Positions 1-10,260 of a DNA stretch of 64,000 nucleotides are shown here, piece by piece. Each line of letters begins with the position of its first letter. Within the stretch, counting starts at the first letter, position 1. The stretch comes from Patescibacteria group bacterium. GTDB taxonomy: Bacteria; Patescibacteriota; Patescibacteriia; Patescibacteriales; UBA12465. Where the stretch lies: positions 293,883-357,882 of the forward strand of contig JBAZJK010000001.1 of assembly GCA_041651355.1 (NCBI GenBank), in the 5' to 3' direction. Under the pieces are notes generated by a model. The model ran no database searches. It was not told where the DNA came from and saw nothing but the letters and a program-made list of their open reading frames with translations. The translations under genes were made by a program, and so were the position numbers.

Positions 1-1
1 C

Positions 2-1648
2 GATGTTTTCCTGGTTGCTTTGGTCGCCCATAATGAGAGCGAGACCCAGGAGCAGGAGGACAGCCGCTAAGGAGACTCCGGCTAGCAGGTTGTCAGTCAA
101 GATCGTAAAGGTCCCGCTTTGCAGGAGAATGATGCCGAAGATAATGGCGCTTATTGCCAAGAATCCTTTGATCATCCAGAAGAAGAGTTTCTCATGGCGG
201 ACAAACCTTTTTTCATCAGTCATGAATAGTCTGTAGAAGAAGGCAAATCCGGCCGTAAACAGGAGCATCAAGAGGAACCAATTAGACAAGAGCAGGTCGC
301 TGGTATACCAATCCCAAATACCTTGGGCGAAGGCGATTATTCCGGCGATAGCGGCGGCGGCCAGATATTTATCAAATATCACGACGGCGGCAGCAATCAA
401 GGAAAAATGTAGGAGAAATCGGATGGTTTTCGGGGTATCGGAATAATTGTGTCCGGAATCGCCGGCGATAGCGACAAAGAAGAAACCGATGTAGAAGCAG
501 AAAGTCAGGGTGAGCATGACGGCTAGGATTGAACCGACAATTGGAGCTAAAGCGTGGATCACAATCCCGATGCCATAGATAATTACACCGATGACCAATA
601 GGACGAGAGCCGCGAGAGCGATGATGCCGATGGTTTGAGGGATAATCTGTAATTTTTTTGGCAGCATCTCGATTCCTTTAACTATCAAACGACAGCCAGC
701 GATTATTATCCAGGCAATCAGCGGCAGGGAAGCGATCAGGGGAAACAGGGCAACATAACTGCCCTGGCTCTGGACCATCCAGAGGATAGCGCTGATGAGT
801 CCGAGCGGCGAGATTACCCAGAAAGCCAGATGCGTAAGGAAGGTTACCCAGAAACCGGGGCAAACATGGCTTTTTAGCTTGATTTCCTTATTCGGCCAAA
901 AAGCATAATTGGAGCGGGCGGTCCGGTATAGCCACCAGTATTTCCCGTCCTCCTGATTAACGACGAAATCATTGATATGTTCCTTGATCGACAAGAAGCG
1001 AGTGAAGCTTTTGTTGATGATCTTGGAATCATTGTTTTCGCCTTTGGGATAGAGGCTGAAGCCAAAGTCCAGGCCGAGGAGGTTGAAAGCCCAGGCGCCT
1101 TTGCTCTGGTAACGTTTTTCCCTTTGATACGGTTCCTGCAGGAGCTTCTTGCTGGTGATAATTCCGAAGAAGACTTTCAGGCGGTTACGTAACCCCTTTT
1201 TGCAGACCGGTGGCAGTTGTGGCGAATGCGGGTGTTCTTCCATATCCCAGTGGCCGAAAAGGTTGGCGTAATTGTCGGTGATAGCGGCCACCTGTTTGTC
1301 ATCCAAGCGGCGCAGGCAGGCTTCAAAAGAATCCAGGTCGATATTCTCTTCCCAGAGTAATTTTCGCCAAACGCTGTCCGGCAGGGTTTCGATCATGGCC
1401 ACGATTTTAATTAAAGGGTGAACCATCAGTTCGTTTTCAGTTTTCATCAGAGAGGTGATTTTTTCTCTCCTCTTTTGTACGTCGGAGTAATTCAGCTTCC
1501 TGAGATATCTCCAGAAAGTCAGAGCCATCGCAATGGTTTTGCGTTGATTAGGTACCTGGTAAGGGAAGGTGGTTTTTTTGTATTCACCGACCAGGTTGCG
1601 GGCTACAAAGGTTTTTAAGCCTTCATCATGAATGATAACTTTTTTCAT
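2..1648 (-). CDS. Hypothetical multi-pass membrane protein, 3'-truncated by the window edge (at least 549 codons); absent from the supplied ORF track
   Basis: I checked every minus-strand codon in the frame of the ATG at 1648-1646 and found no stop down to position 2. The N-terminal ~290 aa look soluble (MKKVIIHDEGLKTF...). Repeated hydrophobic segments follow (e.g. GIIALAALVLLVIGVIIYGIGIVIHALAPIVGSILAV). Listed ORFs 678..863 and 874..1065 are off-frame shadows. Confidence 0.75.
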   Translation of the reverse strand, partial: MKKVIIHDEGLKTFVARNLVGEYKKTTFPYQVPNQRKTIAMALTFWRYLRKLNYSDVQKRREKITSLMKTENELMVHPLIKIVAMIETLPDSVWRKLLWEENIDLDSFEACLRRLDDKQVAAITDNYANLFGHWDMEEHPHSPQLPPVCKKGLRNRLKVFFGIITSKKLLQEPYQREKRYQSKGAWAFNLLGLDFGFSLYPKGENNDSKIINKSFTRFLSIKEHINDFVVNQEDGKYWWLYRTARSNYAFWPNKEIKLKSHVCPGFWVTFLTHLAFWVISPLGLISAILWMVQSQGSYVALFPLIASLPLIAWIIIAGCRLIVKGIEMLPKKLQIIPQTIGIIALAALVLLVIGVIIYGIGIVIHALAPIVGSILAVMLTLTFCFYIGFFFVAIAGDSGHNYSDTPKTIRFLLHFSLIAAAVVIFDKYLAAAAIAGIIAFAQGIWDWYTSDLLLSNWFLLMLLFTAGFAFFYRLFMTDEKRFVRHEKLFFWMIKGFLAISAIIFGIILLQSGTFTILTDNLLAGVSLAAVLLLLGLALIMGDQSNQENI

Positions 1649-1874
1649 GCTTGTTTGTTTTGGTGAGGTAAATTATTGGGTTATTCAGCTGGCCCAGCTT
1701 GAGCCGGCCAAACAACCCAATAATCAGCCTTTTTGTCAAAGATCTGATAATAGATGACATTAGCATTATAGTATGAATTTGTCAATACTAATCATTGGTT
1801 GCCAAGCCCTCATCCTTATACTAAAATGTTAAGGTAAAATTGAACTTATTTTTAGATTTTTTAAGCCTAATTTA

Positions 1875-4800
1875 ATGTCCTTCGTCCATCTCCATAACCA
1901 CACCCATTATTCCTTGCTTGACGGTCTGACTAAGATCGATGAGCTGGTTAGCTATGTGAAGGAACAGGGCTCGCCGGCGGTCGCTATCACCGATCACGGT
2001 ACTATGTATGGCGTGATAGAATTCTACCAAAAATGCCAGAAGGCCGGGATCAAGCCGATTATCGGTGTGGAAACTTATCTCGCCCCTGGATCCCGGCATG
2101 ACAAGAATATCAAAAGCGATGGCCGCGCCCATCATCTCCTCTTGCTGGCGAAGAACAATACTGGCTATAAGAACCTGATCAAATTAGTCTCATCCGCCCA
2201 TCTCGAAGGCTTCTACTATAAGCCGCGGATCGACTGGGAGCTTTTGAAAGAACATAGCGAAGGCTTAATTGCTTGTTCAGCCTGTTTGGCGGGTGAGATA
2301 CCGCGACTGATCATGGCTGACAAGTTGGCGGAAGCGAAAAAACGGATTTTAGAATATAACGATCTCTTTGGCCAAGGGAATTTTTTCTTAGAGATAATGA
2401 GCCATCCGGAATTAGAGGAGCTTGATAAAGTTAATCCCCAGCTGATTAAATTTTCTCGAGAGCTTGGTATACCCTTAGTGGCGACTAATGATAGCCATTA
2501 TTTGAAAAAGGATGATGCGGCGGCTCAAGATATTCTCTTGTGCCTGCAGAATAAGAAGAAGGTCAAGGATGCCGACCGGATGAAGATGAACGGCGATTAC
2601 TCCGTTAGGCCGAACAGCGAGATGATCGCGGCTTTCAAGGATACTCCAGAGGCAATCTCTAATACTTTGAAGATTGCAGAGATGTGTAATGTGGAATTGG
2701 ATCTAGGTAATATCCAGCTGCCTCATTTCGAAGTGCCCGCTGGCTTTGATGGCAATTCCTATCTCCAAGATCTCTGTGAAAAAGGGATTAAGAAGCGCTA
2801 TCCGAAGCTGAGCAAGGAAGAATTGAAACCGATCAAGGAAAGGCTTAACTATGAATTAGGGGTTGTCGCTAAGATGGGCTGGCCTTCATATTTCTTGATC
2901 GTTGCCGATTTCGTCAATTGGGCGAAAGACAATAAGATCGTCGTCGGTCCGGGCCGCGGCTCGGCTGCCGGCTCCCTGGTTTGTTATCTGACCGGTATCA
3001 CCAACCTCGATCCTTTGGCCTATGACCTATTATTCGAACGTTTCCTTAATCCCGAGCGTATCTCCATGCCTGATATCGATATGGATTTTGCTGACGCCCG
3101 GCGGGATGAGGTCCTAGATTATGTCGGGGATAAATATGGCCATGACCACGTCGCCCAGATCATCACTTTCGGGACTATGGCGGCTCGGGCGGCCGTGCGC
3201 GATGTCGGCCGGGTTTTAGATTATCCCTATGACTATTGCGATAAGCTGGCCAAGAATATCCCGATGCTGACGAAATTGGACAAAGCCTTGAAAGAGGCTC
3301 CGGATTTGAAAGAAATGTATAATAGCGACCCTGAAGCTAAAAGGATTTTAGATTTTGCCAAACGTTTGGAAGGTGTGTCTCGCCATGCCTCGACGCATGC
3401 TTGCGGGGTCGTGATTACCAAACAGCCTTTGACCGATTACGTTCCCATCCAATATGCTTCCTCCTCGGACAAGACGATCATTTCCCAATATTCTTTACAC
3501 CCGATCGAAGATCTTGGCCTATTGAAGATGGATTTTTTAGGCCTCAAGAACCTGACGATTATCGAATCGGCCTTGAAGATCATAAAGAATACGCGCGGAT
3601 TGGAGATAAATATCGATGAGATTCCGCTAGCTGATAAGCTGACATATGAATTATTCCAGAAAGGCGAGACGACCGGCGTCTTTCAGTTCGAATCTTCCGG
3701 CATGAAACGTTATCTGCGCGAGCTAAAGCCGACGGAGTTTGAAGATATCATCGCTATGGTCGCCCTGTATCGCCCCGGTCCGATGGAATGGATTCCGGAT
3801 TATATTGCCGGCAAGCATCAAATCAAGAAAGTCGCCTATCTCCACCCCAAGTTAGAAGGAATATTGAATAAGACTTATGGGGTGGCCATTTATCAGGAAC
3901 AGGTGATGCAAATCGCCCGCGATCTGGCCGGTTTTAGTATGGGCGAGGCTGATGTCCTCAGGAAGGCGGTGGGCAAGAAGATTGCCTCCTTATTGGCCGA
4001 GCAGAAAGAGAAGTTCATTGAAGGCTGCGTGAAGAATGGTATCTATAAAGAACTGGCGGAAAAGGTTTTTTCTTTCATTGAGCCTTTTGCCGGTTATGGT
4101 TTTAACCGTTCTCATGCTGCCTGCTACGCCTTAATCGGCTACCAGACTGCTTATCTTAAAGCCCATTGGCCGGCGGAATTCATGGCCGCGCTTTTAACTT
4201 CCGACCAACATGATAGCGACCGGGTAGCGATCGAGATTGATGAATGCCGCAAGATGGGGATTAAGATAATGGCGCCTGATATTAATGAATCTTTTGCCTC
4301 CTTTACCGTCGTCACGGCCGGCACTAAAGAAAATCGGGCAGTCGCGGCCGGTGAGAAGGTCGAGACGATCCGTTTCGGTTTAAACGCCGTCAAGAACGTG
4401 GGTGAGCATATCGTGGAAGTAATCATCAAGGAAAGGAAGCAGAATGGCAGTTATGTGGATTTATTCAACTTTCTAGAGAGGATCACCGACAAGGATTTGA
4501 ACAAGAAATCTTTAGAGAGTTTGATCAAGAGCGGAGCTCTGGACGCTTATGGCGAAAGAGGCTTCCTGCTCCACAATCTAGAGCGCCTTTTGACTTTCAA
4601 TAAGGAAATTTCTAAAGCGCAGGATTCTCGGCAAAGTAGCCTGTTTTCTGAACCGATTTTTGGCGCTCTCAATCGCCCGCGGCTGGAAGAAGCCTTGCCA
4701 ATTGCCAAAGGCGAAAAGTTAGCCTGGGAGAAAGAGCTTTTGGGTTTATATATTTCCGAGCATCCAGCCAGCACCCTTTGGCCATATTTATCGGGTTGGG

Positions 4801-5462
4801 CTAAGCCACTCTCTAGCCTGGGACAGTATCGCCAAGAAGAAGGAGTCGTCTGCGCCGGTGTCATCGCTAATATCAAAAAGATTATTACCCGGAAGAACGA
4901 ATCGATGTTGTTCGTGAAGATCGAAGACGCCGTGAGCAATATCGAGCTTTTGGTTTTTCCTTCGCTCCTGAAGGAAACGCCGCTTTTATGGCAAGAAGGC
5001 CAAGCAATTATCTGTCAAGGCAAAGTGTCAGAGAAAGATCAGGATTTAAAGCTCTTGGTTAACAAGGCGGCCTTGATCAATCCTAATGACCCTCAGGCTT
5101 CAGTCGATGATTTTAAGCGCCTGATGCTAGAATATAAACCGCGTCCCAGCTTTTATCGCGGCGACAGGAATAATGATAGCCATCATCAGATAGCGCCTGT
5201 TAAAACTAAGCCGGCGGCGCCGGCGAAAGCCGATCCTAACTTAGCAGTTTTAAAAATCACCCTGCCAATCTCCTTGCCGGCAGCGGAACTGCAAGAATTA
5301 AAAAATATTTTAAGCTCTAACCCGGGCGGCAGTGCCGTTTATTTCCGTTTGCGCTCGGATGAGAAGGATAAGGTGATCAAAACCGCTTTCCTGGTGGACA
5401 ATAACGAGTCTTTGCGCCGCGTTATTTCCGAACGCCTCGGTCCTAAGATTTCCGTCGCTTAG
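1875..5462 (+). CDS. dnaE: DNA polymerase III alpha subunit
   Basis: 1195 aa. PHP-domain N-terminus MSFVHLHNHTHYSLLDG. Pol III alpha core motifs GPGRGSAAGSLVCYLTGIT and PDIDMDF. OB-fold-like C-terminal part. Confidence 0.95.
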   Translation: MSFVHLHNHTHYSLLDGLTKIDELVSYVKEQGSPAVAITDHGTMYGVIEFYQKCQKAGIKPIIGVETYLAPGSRHDKNIKSDGRAHHLLLLAKNNTGYKNLIKLVSSAHLEGFYYKPRIDWELLKEHSEGLIACSACLAGEIPRLIMADKLAEAKKRILEYNDLFGQGNFFLEIMSHPELEELDKVNPQLIKFSRELGIPLVATNDSHYLKKDDAAAQDILLCLQNKKKVKDADRMKMNGDYSVRPNSEMIAAFKDTPEAISNTLKIAEMCNVELDLGNIQLPHFEVPAGFDGNSYLQDLCEKGIKKRYPKLSKEELKPIKERLNYELGVVAKMGWPSYFLIVADFVNWAKDNKIVVGPGRGSAAGSLVCYLTGITNLDPLAYDLLFERFLNPERISMPDIDMDFADARRDEVLDYVGDKYGHDHVAQIITFGTMAARAAVRDVGRVLDYPYDYCDKLAKNIPMLTKLDKALKEAPDLKEMYNSDPEAKRILDFAKRLEGVSRHASTHACGVVITKQPLTDYVPIQYASSSDKTIISQYSLHPIEDLGLLKMDFLGLKNLTIIESALKIIKNTRGLEINIDEIPLADKLTYELFQKGETTGVFQFESSGMKRYLRELKPTEFEDIIAMVALYRPGPMEWIPDYIAGKHQIKKVAYLHPKLEGILNKTYGVAIYQEQVMQIARDLAGFSMGEADVLRKAVGKKIASLLAEQKEKFIEGCVKNGIYKELAEKVFSFIEPFAGYGFNRSHAACYALIGYQTAYLKAHWPAEFMAALLTSDQHDSDRVAIEIDECRKMGIKIMAPDINESFASFTVVTAGTKENRAVAAGEKVETIRFGLNAVKNVGEHIVEVIIKERKQNGSYVDLFNFLERITDKDLNKKSLESLIKSGALDAYGERGFLLHNLERLLTFNKEISKAQDSRQSSLFSEPIFGALNRPRLEEALPIAKGEKLAWEKELLGLYISEHPASTLWPYLSGWAKPLSSLGQYRQEEGVVCAGVIANIKKIITRKNESMLFVKIEDAVSNIELLVFPSLLKETPLLWQEGQAIICQGKVSEKDQDLKLLVNKAALINPNDPQASVDDFKRLMLEYKPRPSFYRGDRNNDSHHQIAPVKTKPAAPAKADPNLAVLKITLPISLPAAELQELKNILSSNPGGSAVYFRLRSDEKDKVIKTAFLVDNNESLRRVISERLGPKISVA

Positions 5463-5511
5463 GTGGTAGCTGATAAATTTTGTTTTTAATTTAAAAATTT
5501 GTTATACTTAA

Positions 5512-5534
5512 ATCAAGTGAAGCTTGATTTTTTT
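5512..5534 (+). terminator. Rho-independent terminator after dnaE
   Basis: ATCAAG / CTTGAT stem, 5-nt loop, followed by a T run. Confidence 0.6.
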
Positions 5535-5572
5535 ATGCGCAAAAATTTTTTATATTTTAATTTTTCCATACT

Positions 5573-7153
5573 ATGCCTCCAGTGAAAAAAACTAAAGACT
5601 CTAACCCTAAAAGCTCTAAGTCAGCTCCGCTTGCTAGTAAAAAAGCGAAGCCGAAAGCGGCTAAGAGATCCAAGCCGAAGACTAAGGCGGAAGTGGAAAT
5701 CTTAAAGCCTATCAAACCGAAGAAAGTCGCTCAGGCGATCGCGGTCGAAGTGGCTGAAGATAATTTTAATGCTAGCGCCTTCAATGACTTGCTCGCGAAT
5801 CCAAATTATCAAGCTCCTGAAGAGGAAAATGTTAATCCGCCGGCGATCGAGATGGAAGAGCCTTTAGTCGCCGACGATAAGGGTTTGGATAAGCAGGATA
5901 AGTTTTTTACCCAGTTGGCTCAAGAGATTCAGACGGCGAAGGAAAATCCTCAAGAGGCAGGGAATGAAGCGGCGGTAGCGGCTGATAAGTTTGTAGGTGA
6001 GACCAAGCATTTCAAAAAATCTGCCGGCTTGTACCGTCGTTTAGTTATTAAATTCGTCCTAGCAGTCGCCGTCTTAGTCTTAGTGGTTGCTTATTTTTCC
6101 TTTTCTAAATTAACCTTGCTCATCACTCCTAAGACCGAGCATGTCGGCACCACTTTAGAGCTAGCTGTCTATGATCCGAGTGCGGGCGAGCAGAACCAGG
6201 CTAGCAGTACGGCCACTTTGATGAAAGGGCGACTTAAGAATCTCGGTGTCAGCGCTTTTAAATCCTATCCGGCGGGGGGCGAAGAAATCTTAGGGGAAGA
6301 GGTGGCAGGACGAGTGACTCTAATTAATAATTATAATAAGGACCAGGCTTTAGTGGTCAAAACTAGACTGCTTAGCCCGGATGGCAAATTATTCCGCTTG
6401 CAAGAAGCGGTTAATATTCCCGCCGGCGGGAAGACTGAAGCGGCGATTTATGCCGATGAACCTAGCCAGGAGATGGCAATCGCGCCGACTCGGTTTTCAA
6501 TCCCCGGCCTGTGGGCTGGCCTCCAGGATAAGATCTATGCAGAAAGTTCGGAGAAATTCGTCTATCAGCACAAGATTAAGAAATATATCAAGCCGAGCGA
6601 TCTCGAATTAGCCACTAAGGATATGGCTAACCACCTTTTAGCCCTGGCTCAAGGCCAGGCGGCTGATGAGTTCAACGAAGATTCAATTGCAGTCTATAGT
6701 ATAGATGATAGCCAGGCGACGAGCACTTTTGATTCTAAAGTCGGGGATTATAAGGATAATTTCAATTTGACGGCTACCAGCTCGGTCACTATGGTTTTCT
6801 TTCCTAAGAAAGAAGCGGATGAGTTGATTAAGGAGCGTTTGAAATTATCAGTGCCGGATGACAAGGAATTAATCTCTTGGGATAAGGACCCGGTTTATAC
6901 TTTGGAAAAATATGACCCAGCCACCAAGATTGCGACCGTCAAGGTGGAACTCAATGGCTTGATGGCGCTCAAGAAAGATTCAGAATTGATTGATCGTAGC
7001 AAGCTGGTCAACCTTAATCGGGAACAGATTAAGGAATATTTGGATAATTTTCCGGAAATATCTTCCTACGAATTGAAGTTATCGCCTTCATTCATTAATA
7101 AGGCTCCAGGCTTAGTCGACCGTATCCAGATAAAGATCAAGGCGCCCCAGTAG
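5573..7153 (+). CDS. Hypothetical membrane-anchored protein (Lys/Pro-rich N-terminus, single TM, large extracytoplasmic domain)
   Basis: 526-aa ORF. KPK-rich N-terminus. TM segment LVIKFVLAVAVLVLVVAYFSF. No motif recognised. Confidence 0.6.
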   Translation: MPPVKKTKDSNPKSSKSAPLASKKAKPKAAKRSKPKTKAEVEILKPIKPKKVAQAIAVEVAEDNFNASAFNDLLANPNYQAPEEENVNPPAIEMEEPLVADDKGLDKQDKFFTQLAQEIQTAKENPQEAGNEAAVAADKFVGETKHFKKSAGLYRRLVIKFVLAVAVLVLVVAYFSFSKLTLLITPKTEHVGTTLELAVYDPSAGEQNQASSTATLMKGRLKNLGVSAFKSYPAGGEEILGEEVAGRVTLINNYNKDQALVVKTRLLSPDGKLFRLQEAVNIPAGGKTEAAIYADEPSQEMAIAPTRFSIPGLWAGLQDKIYAESSEKFVYQHKIKKYIKPSDLELATKDMANHLLALAQGQAADEFNEDSIAVYSIDDSQATSTFDSKVGDYKDNFNLTATSSVTMVFFPKKEADELIKERLKLSVPDDKELISWDKDPVYTLEKYDPATKIATVKVELNGLMALKKDSELIDRSKLVNLNREQIKEYLDNFPEISSYELKLSPSFINKAPGLVDRIQIKIKAPQ

Positions 7154-7181
7154 GAAGCAATCTTAATTTTTCTTATATAAT

Positions 7182-7212
7182 AAAAATGGCTAGAAACAGC
7201 CATTTTTATTTT
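7182..7212. terminator. Bidirectional terminator between convergent genes
   Basis: AAAATGGCT / AGCCATTTT stem flanked by an A run and a T run. Confidence 0.7.
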
Positions 7213-7223
7213 TACGTTTATTT

Positions 7224-8183
7224 TTAGAGGCTAAAGAAACTGAATAGGCTCTTAAATCTAGTCTTGGTCTTCAAGGGAGTGTTGAAGATTTTAAGGGCTT
7301 CTTTATCATTCTTATTCTTATAAATCAGGGCATTTAGGGCACGACTGAGGCGGATAGCTTCGTCTAATGATCTTTGATGAAGGTTGCGGCCGATAGCTAG
7401 ACCGACGGTCTGGCCATGCTTGATCTGGAGATAGGTGCTTGTGATCAAGTCTTTGGCTGCTTGCTTGCTGCCGCCGACGCAGATGACTCCGGTATTGCCG
7501 GCTGCCAAGCTGACTTCACGGAAATCAGTCGCCGTCTTCACCTGGTTCTTATTCTTATAAGGGTATTTCACTTTGACGAAATCGGCTCCGAGGGCGGTCG
7601 CGACGCCAGCGGCGCCAGCAATCAGATGGATATCGTCTTCATTCTTCACTTTAGGATGGCGGGGGTAGATCCAAAGGATAGCCAATAGTCCGGCTTGGTG
7701 GGCATCATATATTATCTTAGCCGCTTCTTTGAGCATGCGGCCTTCATGCTCGCTGCCTAAATAGATGGTATAGCCGACGCCGACGATCTTAAGACGACTT
7801 TGATTCTTCAGCCTGACGACCTGGTCGACATTCAACCAACGTCGGCTTAGTAATTTGCTCTTATCTTCCAAGATATTAGTTTTGCTGTTTAATTTTACTA
7901 CGTAGGGTATTTGCCGGTATGAGTCGCCATAGCGGGCGATCATTCCGAGCTGGGTAGCGAAGACGCCGATCTCGCTTTGCGAAGCGATCTTGAAGAGGTG
8001 CTCAGGGCTAGCATCAGCTTGGTCGATGCCGCGCCCGAAAAAATCGTCATTCAAATGCTCCACTTTCTGGTCGCCGGCAAACAGGAAGAGCCGGCCGCTT
8101 CTCTTAGTGGCGAGGCGCCAATTTTTTAGGTATTGGGATCGCTGGTTTTTAGGGACGCTGAGCGGCGGAACAAAGACGGGCAT
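7224..8183 (-). CDS. Class I fructose-bisphosphate aldolase family (DhnA/FbaB-type, DeoC/LacD-like)
   Basis: 319 aa. GADFVKVKYP Schiff-base lysine region and overall similarity to archaeal-type class I aldolases, recognised from memory. Confidence 0.7.
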   Translation of the reverse strand: MPVFVPPLSVPKNQRSQYLKNWRLATKRSGRLFLFAGDQKVEHLNDDFFGRGIDQADASPEHLFKIASQSEIGVFATQLGMIARYGDSYRQIPYVVKLNSKTNILEDKSKLLSRRWLNVDQVVRLKNQSRLKIVGVGYTIYLGSEHEGRMLKEAAKIIYDAHQAGLLAILWIYPRHPKVKNEDDIHLIAGAAGVATALGADFVKVKYPYKNKNQVKTATDFREVSLAAGNTGVICVGGSKQAAKDLITSTYLQIKHGQTVGLAIGRNLHQRSLDEAIRLSRALNALIYKNKNDKEALKIFNTPLKTKTRFKSLFSFFSL

Positions 8184-8240
8184 AATTTTATTTTTAGTTT
8201 AGATATGATATTATTAGAGTGCTAATATTATAACATAATT

Positions 8241-9140
8241 ATGGAAAAAGATAAAAATCAGTTGAGCAAAAAAGCTGATAATAAAAAAATCGATCTTGAT
8301 AAATATTATAAATCTCCGGATAGTCCTTCGGTCCGAACCCTTAATTTCGGTTTATGGCTGGCCAGTAACCGCCGCTCATTTATCCGCGGTTTCATCATGT
8401 TCTTAATCTTGGTCTGCCTTGGTTTCTTCTTGTATTCCGGTTATCATTATTTCATGTATTTTTTCGGTAATCAGGCAGAGAGCGATAAGCTGCTCGGATC
8501 TGCGGCCAGCAACCAAGTGGTGAGCCAGAAGAATCTCTATAGCGACTTAATTCTCGGCGTCCCTCAAGTGTTCAGCAATAAGAACAGCTATGATTTGGCG
8601 CTGAAGATCAAGAATCCTAACGATAAGTTCGTGGCGCGTTTTGATTATTGTTTTACCCAGGCCGGCCAAGACATCAGTTGCACCCCCAGTTTCGTCTTTC
8701 CTCAGGAAGAGAAGTATCTCCTTTCTTTAGGGCAGGAGCTTAAGAGCAGCGATCAAGTGTCTTTCAGCCTGAGGAACCTTTCTTGGTCCAGGTTGAACGC
8801 CCATACTTATCCTGATTGGCCCCAGTTCTATAAGAGTCATACTAATTTCTTAGTGAGCGAGCTCAAATTCAACCAGCAAGAGGCAATTCCTGATTTTAAT
8901 AATCTGGAATTCGTTCTCACTAACCAGACACCGTATAATTTTTGGTCCGTGCCTTTTAATATCCTGATTTTCAACGGTTCTAAGCTAGTAGGCGTAAACA
9001 GCTATACCGCTAAGGATTTCTTGAGCCAGGCGAGCCTGTCAGTCAAACTGAGTTGGTCCGGCCGCTTAAATTCCGCCCAGAGCGTTTCCGTCGTGCCCAA
9101 CCTGGATATCGTGAGTCCTGATATTTATCTCAAGAGATAG
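8241..9140 (+). CDS. Hypothetical single-pass membrane protein
   Basis: 299-aa ORF. TM segment FIMFLILVCLGFFLYSGYHYFMYFF. Sits directly upstream of the SEDS gene. Confidence 0.6.
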   Translation: MEKDKNQLSKKADNKKIDLDKYYKSPDSPSVRTLNFGLWLASNRRSFIRGFIMFLILVCLGFFLYSGYHYFMYFFGNQAESDKLLGSAASNQVVSQKNLYSDLILGVPQVFSNKNSYDLALKIKNPNDKFVARFDYCFTQAGQDISCTPSFVFPQEEKYLLSLGQELKSSDQVSFSLRNLSWSRLNAHTYPDWPQFYKSHTNFLVSELKFNQQEAIPDFNNLEFVLTNQTPYNFWSVPFNILIFNGSKLVGVNSYTAKDFLSQASLSVKLSWSGRLNSAQSVSVVPNLDIVSPDIYLKR

Positions 9141-9142
9141 TT

Positions 9143-10249
9143 ATGTGGTATCGTATCAGGCTGTATTTGAAGAATTTCGATTGGATCCTTCTCGTAGCGG
9201 TCGTTCTTTTAGTGCTGTTTGGTTTGGTCGAGATTTATAGTGTCGCCTTAGGCCAGGAAACGCTAAGCTTATTAAATTTCAAGAAGCAGGTTATTTTTAT
9301 TATCGTTGGTTTAGTCTTGATGTTCGTCTTAGCTTTTACTGATTTCTATTTTCTTAAAAGCCTCAATAAATACCTTTATATCTTAGCCGCCCTGGTCTTA
9401 GTGGCGGTTTTGTTTTTCGGTTCGACTATCCGCGGAACGCGCGGTTGGTTCGATTTGGGTGGTTTTAATTTCCAACCAGTAGAATTCGTCAAGATAGCTC
9501 TCTTGCTCTACCTTTCCAGTTATTTTTCCGATTTAGCTACGAATATCAAGACCTTGAAACATCTTTGGCAATCCGGTTTAGCTACCTTAGTCTTGGTGGC
9601 TTTAGTCCTATTACAGCCGGATTTCGGTTCAGCCTTGATGCTGGTGGCACTATGGCTGGTCCTGTTGCTCTTAGCCGGATTTAAGAAGAAATATTTTTTT
9701 TCAATCATCGGCATCTCTTTGATACTTTTCCTGTCGGCTTGGTTTTTCTTTTTTAAGGATTACCAGAAGGAAAGACTGATGACTTTTATCAATCCCCAGG
9801 CCAACGATCTGGCGGCCGGCTATAATGTTTCTCAGGCTATGATTGCCGTCGGCTCCGGCGGCTTAACCGGCAAGGGGGTTGGTTTCGGTTCCCAATCGCA
9901 GTTGAAATTCTTGCCGGAAGCCCAGACCGACTTCATTTTTGCTGTCGTAGCCGAAGAACTGGGGTTTTTGGGTGTCGGACTAATCTTGAGCTTCTTTGCC
10001 ATCTTTTTCGCCCGTTGTCTAGTCATTATCCGTAAAATCAATAATGATTTCGGGATCTATTTCATCCTCGGGGCGCTTGGCTTGATTTTTATCCAAATGT
10101 TTATTAATATTGCTATGAATATGGGGATGATGCCGGTAGTCGGCCTATCTCTGCCTTTTGTCAGTTATGGCGGCAGTGGCTTGATCTCCTTGTTTATTTT
10201 GGTCGGTATTATCCAAAATATAATTATTAAATCAAAGATAAGTTATTAA
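9143..10249 (+). CDS. SEDS-family peptidoglycan glycosyltransferase (FtsW/RodA)
   Basis: 368 aa, about 10 TM segments. Motifs QPVEFVKIALLLYLS, LPEAQTDFIFAVVAEELGFLG, PFVSYGGS. Confidence 0.85.
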   Translation: MWYRIRLYLKNFDWILLVAVVLLVLFGLVEIYSVALGQETLSLLNFKKQVIFIIVGLVLMFVLAFTDFYFLKSLNKYLYILAALVLVAVLFFGSTIRGTRGWFDLGGFNFQPVEFVKIALLLYLSSYFSDLATNIKTLKHLWQSGLATLVLVALVLLQPDFGSALMLVALWLVLLLLAGFKKKYFFSIIGISLILFLSAWFFFFKDYQKERLMTFINPQANDLAAGYNVSQAMIAVGSGGLTGKGVGFGSQSQLKFLPEAQTDFIFAVVAEELGFLGVGLILSFFAIFFARCLVIIRKINNDFGIYFILGALGLIFIQMFINIAMNMGMMPVVGLSLPFVSYGGSGLISLFILVGIIQNIIIKSKISY

Positions 10250-10260
10250 CTCATAATCCT

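Noticed and set aside
678-1192. Listed ORFs 678..863, 874..1065 and 977..1192
   Set aside because: They lie inside, and out of frame with or antisense to, the uninterrupted 549-codon minus-strand ORF. Their translations look non-protein-like.
1741-1800. TTGACA...TATAAT on the minus strand upstream of the left-edge ORF
   Set aside because: The spacer is only 9 nt, so it is not a functional sigma70-type promoter as written. It resembles the 48005-48033 promoter but appears to carry a deletion.
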